A stretch of 24,000 bases of DNA from Lactobacillus phage ATCC 8014-B2: the sequence record JX486088.1; one strand, given 5' to 3'. The notes under the pieces are model-generated. The model had not been told where the DNA came from, ran no database searches, and saw only the letters and a list, made by a program, of their open reading frames with translations. The position numbers were made by a program, and so were the translations under genes. Below, in pieces: positions 1 through 7,412 of this stretch; position 1 is the first letter of the stretch; each line of letters begins with the position of its first letter.

Positions 1-152
1 CCCTTAAACACACAGAATCCTAGTTCAGAAAAAATAGGGTTATCTTTTTTGGCTGCTTCAGGGCGCACTTATCCATCTCTCAAACTTCCTTTCTTTGATT
101 GTCTAAATCATATCACGTTATCAAAAATAATGCAACACTTTTTTATGTAAAA

Positions 153-170
153 AGTCACCAATCGGTGACT
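153..170 (-). terminator. Intrinsic terminator at the end of the leftward operon
   Basis: Perfect 7-bp stem AGTCACC/GGTGACT with loop AATC; on the minus strand it is followed by TTTTTACATAAAAAAG. Confidence 0.75.
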
Positions 171-178
171 AATATTCT

Positions 179-295
179 TTAGCTAATAATCCATTTAATA
201 TACAAACCGTAAAGCCACATTACAAAACCGTACAAACCACCAGCAATAAACAATGCAACAATCCACGCTAGAAAGTTCCCAATCTTATCTTTCAT
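179..295 (-). CDS. Small hydrophobic membrane peptide, 38 aa (MKDKIGNFLAWIVALFIAGGLYGFVMWLYGLYIKWIIS)
   Basis: Minus-strand ORF read directly, absent from the ORF track because it is short; clear TM segment; weak SD; sits just before the terminator. Confidence 0.55.
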   Translation of the reverse strand: MKDKIGNFLAWIVALFIAGGLYGFVMWLYGLYIKWIIS

Positions 296-299
296 GTCA

Positions 300-590
300 T
301 CACTTTTCCAATCTCACACTAATCGAGACGTCGCATTTTGTAAAATAAACTTTTTGACGACGATAATACGAAATTAAGTTATTCATGCTATTAAATGACG
401 CTTCAATACTGTCTTGATAACGTGTCATAATTGGCACTAACGAGTAATGTTTTGACTCGCCTGACGCATTGCAAACCACAAAGTAAACAGCGTCACTGAT
501 TAACTGATTATTAGCAACTTGCATTAACGTGTCTCCCGGCTCATAGTCATCTGTCACTTTAATATTATTGTCAATATTAATGCCTACCAT
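300..590 (-). CDS. Hypothetical protein, member of a local 'PG[DN]' paralog family
   Basis: 96-aa ORF with upstream AGGAG-type SD; shares YEPGD...YSLV with neighbouring ORFs. Confidence 0.8.
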   Translation of the reverse strand: MVGINIDNNIKVTDDYEPGDTLMQVANNQLISDAVYFVVCNASGESKHYSLVPIMTRYQDSIEASFNSMNNLISYYRRQKVYFTKCDVSISVRLEK

Positions 591-608
591 TATTACACTC
601 TCCTATAT

Positions 609-824
609 CTATTCCATTTCTTCTACACGTTCCCACGCAGTATCTAATAAGCTATGAGTTGAACTATTTTCCAATCCTAACTTATGTGATTGCGAGATTA
701 GTGCCATCATCAATAAAGCCCAAGCTCCCTCATCACTCATATCAGAGCCAAACTTCAAGTTACCATCTACAACACTAGCTACAAGCACTCCATTTAAATT
801 ATCCAATAATATATCTTCTTTCAA
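609..824 (-). CDS. Hypothetical protein
   Basis: 71-aa ORF in a tightly packed leftward operon. Confidence 0.7.
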   Translation of the reverse strand: MKEDILLDNLNGVLVASVVDGNLKFGSDMSDEGAWALLMMALISQSHKLGLENSSTHSLLDTAWERVEEME

Positions 825-1178
825 TTAATATAAATTCTTTACAATATCAATGACTTCAAAAAACTTATCTGTATAATTTGACCACGAGTTTTTAGTATTG
901 ATAGTTAAATTAATTACCTTATCTTCAAATTCTTTGTCAAAATTTGGTAGTACATTTTTAAATGCAATTCTAAAGCAATTTTCTAGTACGCTATTATTAA
1001 ATCCTTGTACAACTTCTCCACCGTTAACGTTATTTAAAATGTATTCAATTTCAAGTAACGCTTTATGTTCACTTTTATTCCCATCGTTCGTTGCTTCTTT
1101 ATACATTCGTTCTGCAAAGTCCTTAGGGTTAATATTTTCTAACAAAATCTTATAGTATTCATCTAAAACATTATTCAT
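825..1178 (-). CDS. Hypothetical protein
   Basis: 117-aa ORF; stop abuts the next gene's start. Confidence 0.75.
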   Translation of the reverse strand: MNNVLDEYYKILLENINPKDFAERMYKEATNDGNKSEHKALLEIEYILNNVNGGEVVQGFNNSVLENCFRIAFKNVLPNFDKEFEDKVINLTINTKNSWSNYTDKFFEVIDIVKNLY

Positions 1179-1195
1179 ATCTTATTCCTCACTTT

Positions 1196-1438
1196 TTAAG
1201 CTTGACTCATCATTAATTGACCAATATATATCGTCGCGTATACGAATATTGCAATCGCCGCTAATATCAAGATTGTCAATATAACGTTGTAGATTATATT
1301 ATTGTTTAATATAAACTGACACACCTTAGTTTGTTCAATCATTGATATTGCAAACATTACCAGTCCGATTGCAACCAATATCAAAAACATGGTCATAAAT
1401 CCTACACAAAAACTAATAAATATATCCATTATGTTCAC
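1196..1438 (-). CDS. Small two-TM membrane protein
   Basis: 80-aa ORF with two hydrophobic segments. Confidence 0.75.
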   Translation of the reverse strand: MNIMDIFISFCVGFMTMFLILVAIGLVMFAISMIEQTKVCQFILNNNIIYNVILTILILAAIAIFVYATIYIGQLMMSQA

Positions 1439-1663
1439 CTAAAACGTTACCAAATATGTTCCTTTCAATAGGTGGTCATTGTTTTTGTCATATGAATGAC
1501 TAATTAAACTTTCCTTATCTTCTGACGTTACACACACCTTACCGTTCTCTAGGTCAACCAGTGAATATTCGGAAGTTACTAAATAATAGTTGCCATGAGC
1601 CACAATCACGTTGCCGGGTTCATACATGTCGCTTGCAGTTTCTGCTTTTTCATTAATCTTCAT
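1439..1663 (-). CDS. Hypothetical protein (PGN family)
   Basis: 74-aa ORF, SD AGGAGG upstream; MYEPGNVIVAHGNYYLV...YSLVDLENGKV. Confidence 0.8.
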   Translation of the reverse strand: MKINEKAETASDMYEPGNVIVAHGNYYLVTSEYSLVDLENGKVCVTSEDKESLISHSYDKNNDHLLKGTYLVTF

Positions 1664-1672
1664 ATTTTCCTC

Positions 1673-1921
1673 CTAATGGATTACTAACGTATTATCATTG
1701 ATATAATTGAACTTATCAATTGAAAAGCGTTCAAAGAACTCATTAAGTTCCATTAACCCGTAAATTAATTTTCCAGTGGTTAAATCAACCAAACCATAAA
1801 GAAGACGTTCTCCACCTTTCTTAGAGATTACAAGGCATGTCTTGCCGTCATAACTAACGACATTTCCAGACTGTAATACTTCTCCTTCTGTTGGTTTCGG
1901 CTTCTTATACATTATCTTCAT
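1673..1921 (-). CDS. Hypothetical protein (PGN family)
   Basis: 82-aa ORF; LQSGNVVSYDGKTCLV...YGLVDLTTGKL resembles the 1439-1663 product. Confidence 0.8.
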   Translation of the reverse strand: MKIMYKKPKPTEGEVLQSGNVVSYDGKTCLVISKKGGERLLYGLVDLTTGKLIYGLMELNEFFERFSIDKFNYINDNTLVIH

Positions 1922-2142
1922 TTAATATCATCTCCAACACCATTGGCTTCAATATAGGCGTCCAGCAATTCTGTTAACATGTCTACAGATTCTTGATAGT
2001 CATAGTCACAAACATCAAGAATCAGGTGCATTAATGGTGTGCCAATAGCATTTAATGCGTCTGATACATTTGAGTCATCGTCAGATTCAAGTACCTTCAT
2101 ATGGTTCCCATCTTCGTTAACTTCAATTAAAATTTTAACCAT
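1918..2142 (-). CDS. Hypothetical acidic protein
   Basis: 74-aa ORF with SD AGGAGG, overlapping the next start by 4 nt. Confidence 0.75.
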   Translation of the reverse strand: MVKILIEVNEDGNHMKVLESDDDSNVSDALNAIGTPLMHLILDVCDYDYQESVDMLTELLDAYIEANGVGDDIK

Positions 2143-2157
2143 TATATATCCTCCTAT

Positions 2158-2352
2158 TTAATCTTCATAGCTTTCTAGCGCTAAATTTGCAAATTCAAAA
2201 TCTGTTAATTTATCATCGTTGTTCCGATTTTCTTTTTTGACAATCTTTGCGGCTGAATGCAACAATAATGCAATTGTCATAGCTTGGTCAAAATCACTAT
2301 CTACGTATACTGAACCAGTATTAACCATAACTTGAATTTTACCGTTTTCCAT
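2158..2352 (-). CDS. Hypothetical protein
   Basis: 64-aa ORF with SD AGGAGG. Confidence 0.7.
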   Translation of the reverse strand: MENGKIQVMVNTGSVYVDSDFDQAMTIALLLHSAAKIVKKENRNNDDKLTDFEFANLALESYED

Positions 2353-2370
2353 TTTTATATTTCCTCCTAA

Positions 2371-2538
2371 TTAAGACATGCGTCTACATACTTCTACAAC
2401 TGCTCCTAGAAAAATTGAAATCGGAACTAAGATATGAGGGTACACAGACACTCCCATAATTACAATCCCAAGGATTGCCAAGGCCACTAACCCAAGAATG
2501 AACGATACCATAAAGTGAAAAAAGCCATATCTTAACAT
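2371..2538 (-). CDS. Small membrane protein, 55 aa (MLRYGFFHFMVSFILGLVALAILGIVIMG...)
   Basis: Minus-strand ORF read directly; SD GAGGTG upstream; hydrophobic; fills the gap between two track ORFs. Confidence 0.7.
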   Translation of the reverse strand: MLRYGFFHFMVSFILGLVALAILGIVIMGVSVYPHILVPISIFLGAVVEVCRRMS

Positions 2539-2551
2539 TATTGTCACCTCT

Positions 2552-2707
2552 TTATTTAACTCCTAGTAGTTTTACAAGTCTGTCAATTTCTTCTTTTGTT
2601 AAGTTATAACTATCTTGATTAGTTAATCGTACTTCACGAAGAATACTGTTGATACTAAGGATATACTGTAAATTAATGTAAACTCCTGACGATTGTAGAA
2701 AGAACAT
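2552..2707 (-). CDS. Hypothetical protein, likely starting at MFFLQSSG
   Basis: The track ORF begins at 2764, but SD GAGGTGAT lies immediately upstream of the in-frame ATG at 2707. Confidence 0.6.
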   Translation of the reverse strand: MFFLQSSGVYINLQYILSINSILREVRLTNQDSYNLTKEEIDRLVKLLGVK

Positions 2708-2768
2708 TATTATCACCTCGTTTTCTATATATGTATCATACCACCTAATTCGGTGATATGTCAAACTA

Positions 2769-3401
2769 TTATTCTAAATTATCTTCTTTAATTTCTTTGT
2801 GCTTTGATAGGTCAAAGTCTGGAACTTCTTTCAATGAATCCTTGTAGGCCGGAAGATACTGGATAACGTATCGGTCGATTTCCTTACCGTTAACCTTTTG
2901 ACGGTCTCGTTTTAGTATCCCATATTTTGACATATAGTCTCTAAAGTCATCATACTTCATTTTTCTAGTACGAGTGCCAAATCTATGGTCTGCACAGAAT
3001 TTTGAGTATTCCTTGAATAAATCCTTAATAACAACAGATGTGTCTCTATCATTGTACCATTCAAGCTTTGACCAGTCCCAGTATTGATTTAAGAATAAGC
3101 AGAGAATTTCTCGTTTGGTTAAGTCCTTCTTTTCATTGTGACCGATAAATCTACTGTCGATACTATCTAAGAATTTACTATCTTGCTCAGAAATGTCATA
3201 TCCTTGTTGGATACCGTAGATGATATATGCTAAATGTCGAGAATTTTCAGATTCTGGAACTAACATACCATATTTTAGGATTTCATCTACTGAGCCAAGT
3301 TTAGCAATCACTCCATCATCGTATTCTAGCTCCTTGCAATTTTCAAGTTCCTCTAACAATAAGTTTTCATCTAATCCTTTTTGTGTTAAACGACTATCCA
3401 T
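2769..3401 (-). CDS. Hypothetical phage protein, 210 aa, first gene of the leftward operon
   Basis: Long ORF with SD AAAGGAGG and a strong upstream promoter. Confidence 0.85.
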   Translation of the reverse strand: MDSRLTQKGLDENLLLEELENCKELEYDDGVIAKLGSVDEILKYGMLVPESENSRHLAYIIYGIQQGYDISEQDSKFLDSIDSRFIGHNEKKDLTKREILCLFLNQYWDWSKLEWYNDRDTSVVIKDLFKEYSKFCADHRFGTRTRKMKYDDFRDYMSKYGILKRDRQKVNGKEIDRYVIQYLPAYKDSLKEVPDFDLSKHKEIKEDNLE

Positions 3402-3430
3402 AATTTTATTCCTCCTTTTAATTTATGTAT

Positions 3431-3459
3431 ATATTATAGATTGATGGCTGTCGTTTGTC
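3431..3459 (-). promoter_or_regulatory. Consensus sigma70-type promoter for the leftward operon
   Basis: Minus strand reads TTGACA-17 nt-TATAAT (complement of 3454-3459 and 3431-3436). Confidence 0.88.
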
Positions 3460-3559
3460 AACAATAAACGAAAAATAATTTTTTATTATGTCATCTTCAA
3501 AATGACTTTATATCAACGTTTGTTGCTATGATAAAAATTTATCAAAAATATTTTTTTTG

Positions 3560-3612
3560 AGCGGGGAAAATAGTGTTTAAATTTACGAAAAAACGACAAT
3601 ATTTTCCCCGCT
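3560..3612 (+). terminator. Long inverted repeat AGCGGGGAAAATA...TATTTTCCCCGCT followed by TTTTTGAG
   Basis: Perfect 13-bp inverted repeat with 27-nt spacer; T-tract only on the + strand side. Confidence 0.5.
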
Positions 3613-3823
3613 TTTTGAGTATAGTGTAAGGGCCTAGGGGGAGAGGAAACAACAACAGCTTGCTGTTGGTGTTGACGGTGAGGGGGTGTCCCGATGTCGC
3701 GTCTGGCGACCTCATAGTTAACACAACATGAATGCAACTAAGAGTTCGAGCGTTAGCGAGTTACTCTTAGTTAGTGGCTATGCCACTTATATCTAGTTAC
3801 ATATTATAAAGGAGGAATATATA
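3613..3823 (+). promoter_or_regulatory. Structured, relatively GC-rich divergent intergenic region; candidate cos/packaging site or structured leader
   Basis: Hairpins CAACAG-CTTG-CTGTTG, GTCGC-GTCTG-GCGAC, CTAAGAGT...ACTCTTAG (3738-3770) and AGTGGC-TAT-GCCACT (3773-3787); lies upstream of the HNH-TerS genes. Confidence 0.4.
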
Positions 3824-4033
3824 ATGGATTCAAGTGATAACAAGTTAAAGATTATTAAAGCCATTCTATATGCAAGTGATGACATTGACACAGAAGAAAA
3901 ATTAAATGCGGTACGGTACTTAGTTCATGGTTGGGATAACGAACCAGATGGTAGTATTAAATTCAAACAGCCATGGGCAAGCGGTTTATCTGTTGAAACC
4001 AGAAATCTAATTAATGGTAAGTCAGACGACTAA
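3824..4033 (+). CDS. Hypothetical protein
   Basis: 69-aa ORF with SD AAAGGAGG. Confidence 0.75.
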   Translation: MDSSDNKLKIIKAILYASDDIDTEEKLNAVRYLVHGWDNEPDGSIKFKQPWASGLSVETRNLINGKSDD

Positions 4034-4086
4034 TATTCTATTAATACATTCAATTCACTAATTCATTCATTATTATACTTTCCTCC

Positions 4087-4114
4087 ACGGGAGATTAATT
4101 TCTCCCGTTACATA
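4087..4114 (+). promoter_or_regulatory. Stem-loop + TACATA element
   Basis: ACGGGAGA-TTAATT-TCTCCCGT directly followed by TACATA. Confidence 0.7.
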
Positions 4115-4199
4115 TACTATGGAATGTGGCGAACACTATCATTACCGTGGGTAATTGAGATGTTGTTCAAAAACTACAGTTCAGTGCACTAACTGGAAC

Positions 4200-4242
4200 G
4201 TCCTGAATGTTTCCTAAGCCTTTCTTATCAGGACAATACATA
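4200..4242 (+). promoter_or_regulatory. Stem-loop + TACATA element
   Basis: GTCCTGA...TCAGGAC (7 bp, 21-nt loop), then AA, then TACATA; upstream of the SD of the 4262 ORF. Confidence 0.6.
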
Positions 4243-4261
4243 TAAAAAGGGAGGACTTAGC

Positions 4262-4393
4262 ATGACAAAAGAATGTCCGTCATGTTCGACTCCAGTTGAG
4301 ATAAACAAGAAAGATGATTATGTCATTTGTCCTTACTGTGGCAACTTGCTTGAAGTGGACGGTGATGACCTTGAAGAATACACAATCGGGTAG
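4262..4393 (+). CDS. Zinc-ribbon mini-protein (MTKECPSCSTPVEINKKDDYVICPYCGNLLEVDGDDLEEYTIG), possible N-terminal part of a frameshifted HNH protein
   Basis: SD GGGAGG; CPSC...CPYC zinc ribbon; ends at GGG TAG directly upstream of and overlapping the HNH frame. Confidence 0.7.
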   Translation: MTKECPSCSTPVEINKKDDYVICPYCGNLLEVDGDDLEEYTIG

Positions 4394-4397
4394 AGAC

Positions 4398-4802
4398 TTG
4401 TCTGTATGTCCTTATTGTGGAATGATTGTAGAAACGAGTTCTCATAATTGTCCTGCAAAAAGGAAGAGAGACAATCGTAATGCAAGGGTTGCACGTCAAA
4501 ATCAAACAGTCACAGAGAAAGCTTTGACATCTCAAAGGTGGCGCTCTTTTAGAAAGAAGATTATTCTAAGAGACGGTGGTGAGTGTCAACGTTGTTTAAT
4601 AAAGCTACACAAACACGTTTATGATGATTTGACTGTACATCACATACAACCACGTGTCAAGCACCCAGAGCTAATGTATGACGAATCAAATTGCGTCACA
4701 CTTTGCCGTGAATGCAACTTAGCTATGGGTCTAAACGGTATCGACTTCGACTGGAATTTAACAAAGACTAAAATAAATTTAGATGATACACTTCATTTCT
4801 AA
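4398..4802 (+). CDS. HNH endonuclease (packaging-associated)
   Basis: CPYCG..., LRDGGECQRCLI...DDLTVHHIQPR...NCVTLCRECN HNH/ribbon signature; immediately upstream of TerS. Candidate TTG start at 4398 (track ORF opens at 4314). Confidence 0.85.
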   Translation: MSVCPYCGMIVETSSHNCPAKRKRDNRNARVARQNQTVTEKALTSQRWRSFRKKIILRDGGECQRCLIKLHKHVYDDLTVHHIQPRVKHPELMYDESNCVTLCRECNLAMGLNGIDFDWNLTKTKINLDDTLHF

Positions 4803-4814
4803 GGGGGTGAACAC

Positions 4815-5321
4815 ATGCCTAACGCTAGAAAGCCTGCGGCGCTAGTTAAAGGTCACAACGAATCGGCTTCTGCTTTAAAGAAAAGAATGGAAGACGAGGA
4901 GCGACTAAAAGGTGCTAACGACGAGGTACGTGTGGCACCTGACTTTATCAAAGGGTGGGAAACCGCTGAAAAATATTACGACTATATTTGTGACTTGTTA
5001 GAGGATTCAGATATTCTGTCTAACTTAGATAGAATGGGGGTGGGCGCACTTGCCGAATGTCTCGCTCGTATGGAAGAGTCAAACAAAGCGATGGCAGATG
5101 ATGGCGGTAGCCTTATGATTACCGTTGAAACCAAGAACGGATATAAGACGGTTGAAAATCCATATATTAAAACTCACCTTAAATTCTTTGATAGGTTCAG
5201 GGTGTTGTCAACACAATATGGGTTGTCACCATCGAGTCGGGCACAGCTAAGCGCGTTAACCATTGAAGATAGAAGTAAAGGCAACAGCGCGCTTGAAAGT
5301 ATTATCAACAGTGATGATTGA
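4815..5321 (+). CDS. terS: Terminase small subunit, P27-like family
   Basis: Position after HNH and sequence style (GYKTVENPYIKTHLKFFDRFRVLSTQYGLSPSSRAQL) match P27-family TerS. Confidence 0.85.
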   Translation: MPNARKPAALVKGHNESASALKKRMEDEERLKGANDEVRVAPDFIKGWETAEKYYDYICDLLEDSDILSNLDRMGVGALAECLARMEESNKAMADDGGSLMITVETKNGYKTVENPYIKTHLKFFDRFRVLSTQYGLSPSSRAQLSALTIEDRSKGNSALESIINSDD

Positions 5322-5332
5322 AGATATTACTT

Positions 5333-5360
5333 CCTAGTCTTGATTAGGCTAGGCTACATA
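5333..5360 (+). promoter_or_regulatory. Stem-loop + TACATA element
   Basis: CCTAGTC-TTGATTA-GGCTAGG (7 bp incl. one G-T), then C, then TACATA. Confidence 0.65.
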
Positions 5361-5382
5361 ATTAGCTCAAGGAGCAAAATAC

Positions 5383-5414
5383 AGCGAGGTAGTTTAACTC
5401 GCTTATGTTACATA
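5383..5414 (+). promoter_or_regulatory. Stem-loop + TACATA element
   Basis: AGCGAG-GTAGTTTAA-CTCGCT, 5 nt, TACATA. Confidence 0.55.
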
Positions 5415-5475
5415 GTAATATGCTTATTTTGGGAGTTGTACCCATTTTAAGAAAGAAAAAGGTAGGTAAAGTCAA

Positions 5476-5988
5476 ATGACAAAATCAAGAAGTATTTATC
5501 AACTTGAAAACTTTGAGCATATGATGCAAAGAGAACGTGATTTGAACTTAGATGTAATTAAGGTTAGCGCTAGGTCTGATGACCAAGCGAACAGTGCATG
5601 TAACTTATTAAAGAAACTTTATTATTATCTTGATTGGATGACTCAGAGAGCAGTTGCTAGTTATAGAGATAAAAATAATGATTCTGGTGGCAGTATGGAC
5701 TTTGATGATGATAAATGCAACGACCGTTTATCTCATATTGTTTACCAACAAATCAACTATGAAGACCCGTTTATTAGAGATTTATCAAGTTGTGAGTGTA
5801 AATTTTTAGGGCCAATTAAAAGTATTCTTAATCGGTTTGGAATGGAAGTGCAAGTCCTTCTGTCATACGTCGGCGCTGGCAACCCTGTCCCCGAAAACTA
5901 TACAGTTGCTGGTGTAGTAAAATTCATGCAAGAAATGCAAGAAACAATCAATGATTTCTTGTCTGGCGAATTAAATTATAATAAATGA
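5476..5988 (+). CDS. Hypothetical protein between terS and terL
   Basis: 170-aa ORF. Confidence 0.85.
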   Translation: MTKSRSIYQLENFEHMMQRERDLNLDVIKVSARSDDQANSACNLLKKLYYYLDWMTQRAVASYRDKNNDSGGSMDFDDDKCNDRLSHIVYQQINYEDPFIRDLSSCECKFLGPIKSILNRFGMEVQVLLSYVGAGNPVPENYTVAGVVKFMQEMQETINDFLSGELNYNK

Positions 5989-6090
5989 CACAGTTTTAAG
6001 TTCCGAGAAGCGCGCATACGAAAGTAAAAGTTCCATAACGGAGTAGCCTTTGGAGGCGAGCATTCTTTTACGAGTAGAAAACCAAGTCTA

Positions 6091-6118
6091 TCTGGTCTAA
6101 CCCCGGTTGAGATAGACA
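6091..6118 (+). ncRNA. Hairpin inside a non-coding RNA-rich interval
   Basis: GTCTATCT...AGATAGAC, 8-bp perfect stem within ORF-free sequence; function unknown. Confidence 0.3.
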
Positions 6119-6245
6119 AAGCCCCAATAACATGACACTTAGGGTGCCAGTGCGTTGGGCATACATACCCATTATTTAGGTGTTGAGACATTAAGCATTA
6201 AATCTGACAACACTCCACTGTGTAAAAAGTCTAGCTTAATGTTAT

Positions 6246-6317
6246 TGCTCAGTAGTTCAGTGGTAGAATATCTGACTGTTAATCATATGGTCGCTGGTTC
6301 GAACCCAGCTCGGGCAG
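6246..6317 (+). tRNA. tRNA-Asn (GUU)
   Basis: Cloverleaf: TGCTCAG/TCGGGCA acceptor, GTTC AGTGGTA GAAT D-arm, anticodon loop CTGTTAA, GCTGG TTCGAAC CCAGC T-arm; one acceptor and one anticodon-stem mismatch. Confidence 0.85.
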
Positions 6318-6713
6318 TATCATCATATATTTTAGGCTGATAATTTGAAAGAATTTCAACCATAACTATACATAGTGTCAAGCTAGTGTATAAGAGATTG
6401 TCAATCTCGCCTAGCAGTGCTGTCATAATGTGTATTACGTCTATATAGTGATAGCTAGTAGATTTAATAAACCTATTGTTGTAGTGACAAGGGTTGTGGT
6501 GAAAGAAAGCCATCGCGGATTCAGTACTAGATACAAGCTTGTCGATAAATGCATCAACAGTTACGATAGCATAATACGCAGACCCTAAGCTAATGTTAGT
6601 GTGATAACTAGCAGAACCAAGTAGGGAAATCAGTAAGCTATTTTCTAGTTGATGGAGGGTAATTCCTCCTATAAGTAACTAGTTGAGTATTAGTAGGGTA
6701 AATCTAGGAATAC

Positions 6714-6761
6714 AAATATAAAAATATTATATGTAGAAATATAAATATAAAATATTATATG
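6714..6761. repeat. AT-rich direct repeat, two copies of about 20 nt
   Basis: AAATATAAAAATATTATATG (6714-6733) and AAATATAAAATATTATATG (6743-6761). Confidence 0.6.
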
Positions 6762-6924
6762 CCTAAAGACATCTGAAAGTTATCAGTCATCGTGCTGGAT
6801 TACACATTATAATGGAACAACAGCTAGCTTGGTAGCTCCTAGTTAGTAGGCGTTGTTCAGTGTATGGCAGAATATATCGTAAAAGCTAAAGTATACTACG
6901 CAAGCCAATGCGGACACTTGTATT

Positions 6925-6997
6925 GCTCTCGTAATCCAACGGCAGAGATAGTGGTCTTAGAAGCCATCCAGTGTGGGTCCGAATCCCACCGAGAGCA
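6925..6997 (+). tRNA. tRNA with anticodon UAG (Leu), short variable loop
   Basis: Acceptor GCTCTCG/CGAGAGC perfect, D-stem ATC/GAT, anticodon loop CTTAGAA, variable loop CCAGT, T-arm GTGGG TCCGAAT CCCAC perfect, discriminator A. Confidence 0.75.
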
Positions 6998-6999
6998 TT

Positions 7000-7071
7000 G
7001 CGGTGGAGTGAAACGGAAAATCACGAAAGGCTCATAACCTTTAAATAGCAGGTCCGACTCCTGCCACCGCA
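7000..7071 (+). tRNA. tRNA-Met (CAU); alternatively Ile2 if the anticodon is modified
   Basis: Acceptor GCGGTGG/CCACCGC, anticodon arm AAAGG CTCATAA CCTTT, T-arm GCAGG TCCGACT CCTGC all perfect. Confidence 0.9.
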
Positions 7072-7124
7072 ACTACCAAAGGGTAGAGTTCCTAGTTTGG
7101 AACTAGAAGGTTATAGGACATACA

Positions 7125-7403
7125 TTGAAAGAGAGGAAAACTATGACAAGTAATGAATTTGTTGAAAAATGCACTAAATTAGTAAGAGACTATACTAACG
7201 AGCATATGGATAAAACTGACAATACTAGTATTAGTAATCAGGATGTATATGTAGTTTGGTATAGTAAGACTCTTCAAAACCACAAGGCGTTATTAAGCAC
7301 AACAGTATCTGACGGTATGTACTATGAATTAACATATAATGGCGATAAAGAAGACTTATACTTTGACGCCTATAAGAAGTTTGAAAATAGATGTATTAAA
7401 TAG
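7125..7403 (+). CDS. Hypothetical protein embedded in the tRNA cluster
   Basis: 92-aa ORF; SD GAGAGG upstream of the second in-frame ATG (MTSNEF, 7143). Confidence 0.75.
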   Translation: MKERKTMTSNEFVEKCTKLVRDYTNEHMDKTDNTSISNQDVYVVWYSKTLQNHKALLSTTVSDGMYYELTYNGDKEDLYFDAYKKFENRCIK

Positions 7404-7412
7404 ATTTAATAC

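Noticed and set aside
6088-6119. Possible decayed copy of the 4262 zinc-ribbon gene (CC.GTTGAGATA.ACAA shared with 4291-4312)
   Set aside because: Similarity is limited to about 20 nt, with no CxxC codons preserved; may be coincidence.
5976-6513. Track ORFs 5976-6191 (-), 6155-6340 (+) and 6283-6513 (-)
   Set aside because: They overlap the tRNA-Asn or structured non-coding DNA and have no good SD or recognisable protein motif.
6781-6924. Additional tRNA suggested by GTTCAGTGTATGGCAGAAT
   Set aside because: Looks like a D-arm but no matching anticodon arm, T-arm or acceptor complement could be folded.
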